DNA of 64,000 bases from a virus. The notes under the pieces are model-generated. The model was not told the DNA's origin, did not search any database, and was given only the letters and a program-made list of their open reading frames with translations. The stretch is from positions 1-64,000 of IMG/VR virus record IMGVR_UViG_3300030329_003436. One strand, 5' to 3'. Both the position numbers and the translations under genes were made by a program. Positions 57,671 to 64,000 of the stretch are shown piece after piece (positions within the stretch are counted from its first letter, which is position 1; each line of letters opens with the position of its first letter).

Positions 57671-58603
57671 CTAACCTTGGGAGACTTCTTTTTCCGTGGT
57701 GGCCTTCTTAGTAGTCCTTTTCCTTGTAGTGGTCTTTTTTCTTGCAACAGTTTTCTTCTTGGGGGCTTCTGCTTCCGGTTTCTTGCCCGGAATTGGAATT
57801 GGGTTGCCGTCATCGTCTAAAAATACCGCTTCTTCATCACCAATATAGTTTCCTTCTTCGTCAACTTTTCTTCCTTCATAGTCAACAAAGTATTGGGCGC
57901 CATCTTCGTCAAATTCAATAAACCTACCGCTATCATCTACATATCTTCCAGAAGCGTCAACTTTTCTGCCTTCATCATCCACTAAATGAAAGTCTTCATC
58001 GACCAACTCATACTTTTTCAAAAATGTGTTTTCTGGAAGATTTTTATCATAATCTGGATCTAATCCATAAAGCCTTTTGGCTAAAGCAGAGGCTGCATCA
58101 ACAACATACGGTTGAGCATCTGCATTTTCATATTCGTCAAAAGTTTCAAAAATTCTTTCTCCATTTTCATCTCTTAGACATGCAAAAACTAAAAAAGCAA
58201 ATCTGGCATTGTCAGCCTGACCCTCTACGGTGTTTGCATCCATAGATGTTTTTTGAGCAACCAAACTTCTAAAACTAACCCTAGCCCTTCTCATCCTGAT
58301 TGCAATTTGTTTGGCTTCCTCCAGTTTGATGCCGCCGGTAGCAAGCTGTCTCTCCCATTCAGTAATGTTCGTTATAAGGTCATAGTGGAGAGCTTCTTTA
58401 TCGCTATCCCACAAGCCCTGTTCTTCCATTACATCACCGAGTTTTTGTCTAAGGATGGCGCCGGAATCGAGCGCGTCTCTAAAAGCCCTATTGTAAACCA
58501 ACTGAGCCTCTTTATTAATTTGCGCGTCAGGCAAAACCAAAAACGCAATCTTTTCTTTGCCGTCGTTGTCCTTACCTTTAATTTCAATCCTATTCGTTGC
58601 CAT
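57671..58603 (-). CDS. Putative tail assembly chaperone with D-x-x-G repeats and a basic tail
   Basis: Immediately upstream of the tape measure gene; GGAG SD; DDEGRKVD-type repeats; K/R/T-rich C-terminus. Confidence 0.55.
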   Translation of the reverse strand: MATNRIEIKGKDNDGKEKIAFLVLPDAQINKEAQLVYNRAFRDALDSGAILRQKLGDVMEEQGLWDSDKEALHYDLITNITEWERQLATGGIKLEEAKQIAIRMRRARVSFRSLVAQKTSMDANTVEGQADNARFAFLVFACLRDENGERIFETFDEYENADAQPYVVDAASALAKRLYGLDPDYDKNLPENTFLKKYELVDEDFHLVDDEGRKVDASGRYVDDSGRFIEFDEDGAQYFVDYEGRKVDEEGNYIGDEEAVFLDDDGNPIPIPGKKPEAEAPKKKTVARKKTTTRKRTTKKATTEKEVSQG

Positions 58604-58985
58604 CTTCATCTCCTTGGGTATTAATGTCGTCTAATTTCTTGACGGGTAATTCCATCTTATATCTATTCCAGCTTATATCGTAACTAGCAAACTCCGCTTC
58701 AAGATTTCTACTCTGAGCATTCCCTCTGTCTAAAATCTCAGAGCGAACCTCGTCATATAGGTCTCTTAAGTGTTGCTGTTCTGGTGTAAGCTGTTCCTCT
58801 GTACCATGACCCCACAAAAAACCAAATTGTTTTTCAATAGTGCTTAATGCACCAATCATAGTCGTTTGTATTTTCTTCTTTGATATTTTTAATAGTCTAT
58901 CTTTTGAAACATCTTTGTACTTGGCGTCTTTTGCCGCCTTGAACTGTTCATGTTTCCTGACTAGTTCTTCGTAAGATTCTTCCAT
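58590..58985 (-). CDS. Hypothetical protein (tail morphogenesis region)
   Basis: Helical ORF with AAAGGA SD, overlapping the next gene. Confidence 0.65.
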   Translation of the reverse strand: MEESYEELVRKHEQFKAAKDAKYKDVSKDRLLKISKKKIQTTMIGALSTIEKQFGFLWGHGTEEQLTPEQQHLRDLYDEVRSEILDRGNAQSRNLEAEFASYDISWNRYKMELPVKKLDDINTQGDEDGNE

Positions 58986-58998
58986 TTTCATGTCCTTT

Positions 58999-60015
58999 TT
59001 AGTTTGCCATTCTTTCACTATTAACACGCATTTTCACGTCAGAAAACTGTGAATAGTTAAGTTCTTTTATCTTTTCTAGAGACTTTATTCTGCTTTTCCT
59101 GATCATTTCACCTCCGCCATCATTTAATTCATACACCCTTTTGGCGTCTTCAGAAGTTTCAGCGGGTATGAATACTTCTTGAGCGCCCGGATGTACGTTC
59201 ATTAATTCGTCTGCGGCTTTTTGACCTCTTTGTTTGTCTCGTTTTCTTCTTTGGTCTATCAAATAACCATCACAAGCATCATCATCATTAATCACGTCAT
59301 CAGGAGGTGCTTCGTATGATTCCCTTATACTATCATATATAGATGACCACGCCATTAGCACTTGTTGTTCTCTCGTTAACGAAAAAGTTTCCTCTCTAAA
59401 TAAAATGCCTGTTTTTTTACTCGTAGCCCAAATGTTTGTCCAAGGTGATTCTCTTGCTATATCTCTTATCTTTTTTTCACTTAACTGCATACGATCTTTT
59501 TTTTGTAGTATCTCATGAGAAGTAAAATGCGAAAAGTCATAAGGACTACCGTCTTTCAGTTTTGTGGACTTTTCAATTATCCAATTTAGTTTTGCGTAAT
59601 TGGCTACTCCCTCGGCATCCACATGATCATATGTGTGTTTTTTGCTTAGTAAATCAGAATACTCTCGTTCCTGTAATCTTAAATCTTGTCTCGCTTTTTC
59701 TCTACTAACCGACTTGAAATAAAGACTGTATATATCAATCTTATACTGCTCCATGTCTTTTTCAAGCTGTTTGACTCTTGCTTCTTCTTCTGTACTCCAA
59801 ACTCCTGTTTCCAGCATTTTTTCATAAGACTCTTTTCGGCTCATGACGCCTGTGTCTAGAGCCTCCATCAAAGCCTCCTGAAAAATTTCAGTCGCTTCAA
59901 ACGCCTCGTCCCGTGTCAACGGATTCACATACACAACAACATCAGGGCTAACCTTGATCTTGTAATATCCTGTGCTTATCCTAGCTATAAAAAATTCCCG
60001 CTCATGCAGTTCCAT
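58999..60015 (-). CDS. Hypothetical protein, possible tail assembly chaperone
   Basis: Lies between tube and tape measure genes; helical and charged. Confidence 0.55.
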   Translation of the reverse strand: MELHEREFFIARISTGYYKIKVSPDVVVYVNPLTRDEAFEATEIFQEALMEALDTGVMSRKESYEKMLETGVWSTEEEARVKQLEKDMEQYKIDIYSLYFKSVSREKARQDLRLQEREYSDLLSKKHTYDHVDAEGVANYAKLNWIIEKSTKLKDGSPYDFSHFTSHEILQKKDRMQLSEKKIRDIARESPWTNIWATSKKTGILFREETFSLTREQQVLMAWSSIYDSIRESYEAPPDDVINDDDACDGYLIDQRRKRDKQRGQKAADELMNVHPGAQEVFIPAETSEDAKRVYELNDGGGEMIRKSRIKSLEKIKELNYSQFSDVKMRVNSERMAN

Positions 60016-60071
60016 AGAACTTTACCAACGGGAAAATTGAATTGTGTACCATAAACTATCCTTTATAAGGG

Positions 60072-60154
60072 GTCAGCACGTTCACTCGCCATCTATCCTT
60101 CTCAATCCTACGGCAAATATATAGACAAATCTGGCTATCGCAACACGTACTGAC
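60072..60154 (-). ncRNA. Putative long structured RNA element
   Basis: GTCAGTACGT pairs with ACGTGCTGAC, GCCA with TGGC, TTTGTCT with GGATAGA, giving an ~83-nt rod. Confidence 0.4.
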
Positions 60155-60182
60155 AAAACGGGGGCCGGGAATCCGACCCCCG
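60155..60182 (-). terminator. Intrinsic terminator after the tail tube gene
   Basis: CGGGGGTCGG-ATTC-CCGGCCCCCG followed by TTTTGT. Confidence 0.75.
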
Positions 60183-60211
60183 CAATTATCAGTTAATCAT
60201 TAACTATTATC

Positions 60212-61414
60212 CTACGGCTGGTTCATTTCCATATCAGTGTCAGGAAGCATCGGCATTTTCGACTTAACTGTCAAATCGTTAAAGTTACGATATGAATAAG
60301 TGACAGTCGAGTTAGCACCACCAGTATCACCACCACCCCAAGTTACCGAAGTAAGCTTGTTTTTGACACCAAGGTCAAAGTGGGCAACCGCGTTGGTGGA
60401 TTCCGTGTTGCCACCAGCACTGTTGTCATAAGTTGCAATTGGTGTCTTCAACTCATCAGTCGGCTCAATAAAGAACTCAATCCGTCTTTCGTTAACATTG
60501 TCTGCTTCTGGAAGGGCGTCAACATTATCTCCACCACGAGCCAAGACTTCAATTTCACACGTTACTTCAACTGGGAAGGTAACATATCTGAAGTATGGAA
60601 GCTTCTGACCAAGAACGTTAATTTGTTCACGACCAAAGTCAACACTAATGGTTGCGCTTGTGATCTTGGCTTCATTGTCCGCAGTCGGTTGACCATCAAC
60701 ATCACTCCATGCGGTGGTATAGCCGGAAATATCTCTATGGACATTGGTTAAGTTATTCGCATCCGTATCTTGTGTATAAAGACGAACATTTTGGCGTCTT
60801 TGAACACGACCAGAGTGTAATCCCTGCTTTGAACCCGTAGTGGTAGTCTTGTCTTTACTAGGCACGCCATGGATGTGTTTGGCGGGCGTTGCATACCATT
60901 TTTTGTGGTTTCCAACAAGCGTGATGGATTCAGTCAGGTTTCCGTCTGTTGACAGACTAAATGAGGCGGAAGACATGTACAACCCCGACATCCATACGGC
61001 GGTTGTGGGTTCAGCGTCACCAGCATTATTATGCGCATCGCTTGTTAAACTAAACCAAGCATCAACTTTGTTGTTTTGCATCTGCGGAATTGTTTTTGCA
61101 GCATCGGCATCATTGAAATCTGCACATCTACTGTATAGAAGCTTGTGACTATCAATAACGCGCTCAATAGAAACTTCCACGTCGGGAACTTCTTCTACGT
61201 CTTGATAGATAGAAAGTTGACCCATTTCAAATACCTGTTCTAGGTTGAAAGTGGTCGTAATACCAACGCTCTGAACGCCGGGAACATAGACGGCATTCAT
61301 TATGTTTTGACCGCCGTTGGGGTCAGCGATACGCGCACCAGCGCCGTCTACGCTGCCTTCTCGCCCGATTCCAAGAGCCTGAATCGCCCAATAAATTCTA
61401 TTATAATCAGCCAT
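60212..61414 (-). CDS. Probable major tail (tube) protein
   Basis: GVQSVGITTTFNLEQVFEMGQ, GREQINVLGQKLPYFRYVTFPVEVTCEIE; own promoter, AGGAG SD and terminator; no sheath gene nearby. Confidence 0.72.
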   Translation of the reverse strand: MADYNRIYWAIQALGIGREGSVDGAGARIADPNGGQNIMNAVYVPGVQSVGITTTFNLEQVFEMGQLSIYQDVEEVPDVEVSIERVIDSHKLLYSRCADFNDADAAKTIPQMQNNKVDAWFSLTSDAHNNAGDAEPTTAVWMSGLYMSSASFSLSTDGNLTESITLVGNHKKWYATPAKHIHGVPSKDKTTTTGSKQGLHSGRVQRRQNVRLYTQDTDANNLTNVHRDISGYTTAWSDVDGQPTADNEAKITSATISVDFGREQINVLGQKLPYFRYVTFPVEVTCEIEVLARGGDNVDALPEADNVNERRIEFFIEPTDELKTPIATYDNSAGGNTESTNAVAHFDLGVKNKLTSVTWGGGDTGGANSTVTYSYRNFNDLTVKSKMPMLPDTDMEMNQP

Positions 61415-61458
61415 GTAATTTCTCTCCTATGGGATTTAGGTAAGTTATTTTACCAATG

Positions 61459-61470
61459 TATTATACACCA
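61459..61470 (-). promoter_or_regulatory. Putative late promoter motif TGGTGTATAATA
   Basis: Exact match to 27474-27485; intergenic, about 45 nt before the ATG. Confidence 0.65.
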
Positions 61471-61484
61471 ATTGTTATTTTTTT

Positions 61485-62543
61485 TTACTTAACTACCTCA
61501 GCAGTTAAGCGTACTGTTCCATGATATAGATTATGACTAATAGTTTCATGCTGCTGTATTTTTGCATCTTTTAGCAAGATACTGCCATCATAATAGTTAT
61601 GCCTATATCCACCATCCCCGCTTGGCTGAACCAATTCTGGGTATCTTATGGAATTGACAATATTTCCATCCTTATCTGTATTTTTAGTAGATCCACGATA
61701 ATCCAAGGGAAAAACACCACTTCTCCCGATCCTGTCGCTGTCAAACATACGGATTGTTTTTTCATCTTGGTATGAAATAATGTCCAGAAGCTTGTCTCTT
61801 GTGTAGTCATCTTCGGCCAAGACATGAAATAAAAGATCACTTTGTATGTAATGCCCCCCACCAAGCTGGTAAGGCTCTAAAGTTCTTCTATTTACAAATT
61901 CAACAGCAATAGCGGGAAGTTGAAGTCTAGTTTCTCCTAATTGCGTGTAATCTCCAGATCCTGTCAAATTAAAATCTTGTGGAGCTTCCTCTACCCTATA
62001 CTGTATTTCTCTGAAAAATCTACTGTCCGCAGGCACAACGTTAACATTTTTAAAGCTATACGAACTGGTGACATCGCTGGTTGTACTAATCGCAGTATCA
62101 AAAACAACGCGACCGTTTGGGTAATCAATGTAGTGAGCGTAGGTTCCATCACCGGACGTGGGCTGAAATACGTTATTAACATATACGCCGGAAATTCCGG
62201 GTAGCCTTCTTTGGTTTGGATAGTTAGTGTGGTCTGGTCTAAGGTTGGTCATAACCAATGGCTGATGTGTTGTCCCTAAACCGCTTTGCCACACCCAGTT
62301 AGAATGAAATGCCTCCCACACCTGCCCACTGTTAAAGTTGGGGTCGTTGACCGGACGTAAGTTTGCCCTGTAGTCACCGTATATACCGGAGCCAGCATGA
62401 ATAGAGTTTGTTACATTTGTATAGCCACCGGCTTCAAGAAAGGCCCAATCAAAGAACTCAATAATGTTGTCCCTCAGAAGTGGGCCAACGGTACTATTTC
62501 CGATGTTGGTTATTTTGTTAAATGTTGTATATGAGTATGACAT
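61485..62543 (-). CDS. Putative tail terminator/completion protein
   Basis: Immediately before the tube gene; LPAIAVE..., DLLFHVLAEDDYTRDKLLDII pattern. Confidence 0.55.
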   Translation of the reverse strand: MSYSYTTFNKITNIGNSTVGPLLRDNIIEFFDWAFLEAGGYTNVTNSIHAGSGIYGDYRANLRPVNDPNFNSGQVWEAFHSNWVWQSGLGTTHQPLVMTNLRPDHTNYPNQRRLPGISGVYVNNVFQPTSGDGTYAHYIDYPNGRVVFDTAISTTSDVTSSYSFKNVNVVPADSRFFREIQYRVEEAPQDFNLTGSGDYTQLGETRLQLPAIAVEFVNRRTLEPYQLGGGHYIQSDLLFHVLAEDDYTRDKLLDIISYQDEKTIRMFDSDRIGRSGVFPLDYRGSTKNTDKDGNIVNSIRYPELVQPSGDGGYRHNYYDGSILLKDAKIQQHETISHNLYHGTVRLTAEVVK

Positions 62544-62546
62544 TTT

Positions 62547-63215
62547 TTATCCCCAGAACTTTTTCATGCTTTGTTCTAGTATTGAATTTATTCTGGTTTT
62601 TACCTTATCGTCGAATGCTCTAGTAATAAAGTTATCTTCTATGGTTCCAGAAATACTTGGTGGAACTCTCCACCCACCTACCGCCTTTTTCATTCTCCCC
62701 TGACCGCTTCTACCTCTTCCCGGCTCAACAGCAAACTCAAATTTTCCCACAATAATTGAATCGCCTTTTGTTAAAAGCCACTCAAGCCAATCTAATTTTA
62801 CAGAAGTTTTATATGTTGAAGATTTATAACTAAGCTCTCCCGAAGACAAAGATAAAACGTTCCTCAGTTGTGCCGGTTGTACATTTACAGTAATTCCTCC
62901 GGTAATTTTTGTACCCGATTTCTTAAATTTTTTAACCACAATTTCAGTTGATTCTGAGATTGACGCGGCAATGTCATTAATGGCACTGTTCAGCATCGAC
63001 TCTTTTAAGCCCAACTCCCCTCTTATGTTACCCCTCTTCAAGGTTTGTATTTCGGAGCTTTGTTTGATTGTTTCTTCAATCAAGCCAACAATTTTATCTC
63101 TGGCATCAGCAGATACGTCAGATACAATACTGTTTAGCTCTTTGATTAAAAGACCATCAACAACTCTTTGTATATCTTTTGGGTTGTCTTTAAGCTCCAA
63201 AGTCACCTTTAGCAT
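62547..63215 (-). CDS. Putative neck/tail completion protein (HK97 gp10 position)
   Basis: Synteny; WLEWLL..G, NFITRA; TAATG coupling. Confidence 0.5.
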   Translation of the reverse strand: MLKVTLELKDNPKDIQRVVDGLLIKELNSIVSDVSADARDKIVGLIEETIKQSSEIQTLKRGNIRGELGLKESMLNSAINDIAASISESTEIVVKKFKKSGTKITGGITVNVQPAQLRNVLSLSSGELSYKSSTYKTSVKLDWLEWLLTKGDSIIVGKFEFAVEPGRGRSGQGRMKKAVGGWRVPPSISGTIEDNFITRAFDDKVKTRINSILEQSMKKFWG

Positions 63216-63706
63216 TAGACCCTCTCCCAAAATATGACCATATACTGGGTGGGATTTTGCTTAAATCCTTGAACAAAAGGTTCGGTAAGCCTCTTATACC
63301 TAAGCTGATTATGCTTGCCAACATCGACAAGTATCTCTTTTGCTTTGGCTATCTTCTCGTAATCATCCATGTAACAAACTGTCTGAATGGTTCCTTGCGG
63401 GATATCAACCTGAAGACCAATATCCACAAATTCCTTTCTATTATGGTAAACCCTCATTTGCACCGTCTCTTTCGATTCGGTGTATTTGAAACCGTCGCCC
63501 CCACAATATGGACATAGAGAACCTCGCCTAAAAGGTATTGGTCCACCAGTCTTATAAAAATTGACCCCTCTTCCACCTATAGTGTTTTGGAAACAGTTAG
63601 GACACTTTTCCTTCTTCTCTGGATATACCAGAGTAACAGTCTTATTAAATAATAAGATAGCTTCGTTAAGAAGCGTAAATACGTCTGATGGAATTTTAAG
63701 AGCCAT
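63215..63706 (-). CDS. Putative head-closure/neck protein with Zn finger
   Basis: CPNC...CPYC.GDG; synteny. Confidence 0.5.
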   Translation of the reverse strand: MALKIPSDVFTLLNEAILLFNKTVTLVYPEKKEKCPNCFQNTIGGRGVNFYKTGGPIPFRRGSLCPYCGGDGFKYTESKETVQMRVYHNRKEFVDIGLQVDIPQGTIQTVCYMDDYEKIAKAKEILVDVGKHNQLRYKRLTEPFVQGFKQNPTQYMVIFWERV

Positions 63707-63716
63707 TAGTCACCCC

Positions 63717-63911
63717 TTAACCTACGGCGTCACCTGCATAATAACGAGGATCATCGAATCTGTTTGTATACTTTGTTTCTAAAGCGGCAGCATCTTGAGC
63801 GTCGTTTTGTACTGCATCAATAGTTTTATAGTTACCATGAACGTCAACCGCAGTTACTATGGTGCCGTTCTTTTCTGTGGTGCCTTTTGCATTTGTAGCT
63901 ACATCGGCCAT
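63717..63911 (-). CDS. Small hypothetical protein
   Basis: AAGGAG SD; fills the gap between flanking genes. Confidence 0.7.
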   Translation of the reverse strand: MADVATNAKGTTEKNGTIVTAVDVHGNYKTIDAVQNDAQDAAALETKYTNRFDDPRYYAGDAVG

Positions 63912-63922
63912 TGTTTATCTCC

Positions 63923-64000
63923 TTATGAAGATTCTAAATCTGAAATTCTAGTTAAAGCTGCATCAAGTTGTGTTTTTAGTTCTTGCACAGCGGCAACTAA
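63923..64000 (-). CDS. 3' end of a tail fibre/spike gene with an intramolecular chaperone (peptidase S74-like) coiled coil (partial)
   Basis: Reads LVAAVQELKTQLDAALTRISDLESS*. Confidence 0.65.
   Translation of the reverse strand, partial: LVAAVQELKTQLDAALTRISDLESS

Noticed and set aside
58590-59030. Lambda G/GT-type -1 frameshift between tail chaperone genes
   Set aside because: No XXXYYYZ heptamer found near the gene ends, and the 58985 and 58603 starts each have their own SD and ATG.
60212-62543. Contractile tail sheath gene
   Set aside because: No sheath-sized ORF or sheath motif lies between the terminator-like gene and the tube gene; a sheath outside the window cannot be excluded.
26719-63782. 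Numerous short opposite-strand and alternative-frame ORFs in the ORF track
   Set aside because: They lie within long coding genes, lack recognisable motifs, and look like antisense shadows.
1-64000. CRISPR array, tRNA/rRNA genes, diversity-generating retroelement, integrase or transposase
   Set aside because: I saw no regularly spaced DNA repeats, cloverleafs, reverse transcriptase, TR/VR pair or recombinase motifs. Intergenic space is minimal. A by-eye scan could miss weak cases.
1-64000. Alternative genetic code
   Set aside because: Standard-code ORFs tile both blocks densely, and TAA, TAG and TGA all end genes at sensible boundaries.

Overview
A 64-kb segment of a large tailed dsDNA bacteriophage, probably siphovirus-like because no sheath gene is seen. 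It uses the standard genetic code and is organised as two convergent blocks meeting at a bidirectional terminator (~26.67 kb). The + strand block (1-26.6 kb) holds a DEDDh proofreading exonuclease, the C-terminal half only of a split, intein-less DnaE, SSB, a phage sigma factor, a ~21.4-kb tightly packed 26-gene glycan island, a DUF559/Vsr-like endonuclease, a Rad52/Sak-like annealing protein and a Zn-ribbon protein. The island contains GT4/GT2/GT8/GT25-like transferases, three KpsS/KpsC-like proteins, KdoO-like and WavE-like proteins, nucleotidyltransferases, SDR epimerases and methyltransferases, but no visible membrane export machinery. The - strand block (64-26.7 kb) is virion morphogenesis: the end of a fibre gene, neck/tail-completion genes, tail tube, chaperones, a ~2340-aa tape measure protein with repeated [A/S]xGG/DTVP-GEFV modules flanking a possible nuclease-fold cargo, and tail-tip proteins up to 3096 aa built from nested cysteine-rich mini-modules. 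The best candidates for new biology are: (1) a self-contained virion glycosylation system, i.e. the soluble glycan island plus Ser-Gly enrichment in exposed tail proteins; (2) giant Cys-rich tail proteins with nested architecture and a small CGC-motif partner; (3) the tape measure protein as a processed cargo carrier; (4) a Kdo/Ko-type cassette in a phage. All family calls come from motif recognition by eye; no searches were run and all counts are hand counts.
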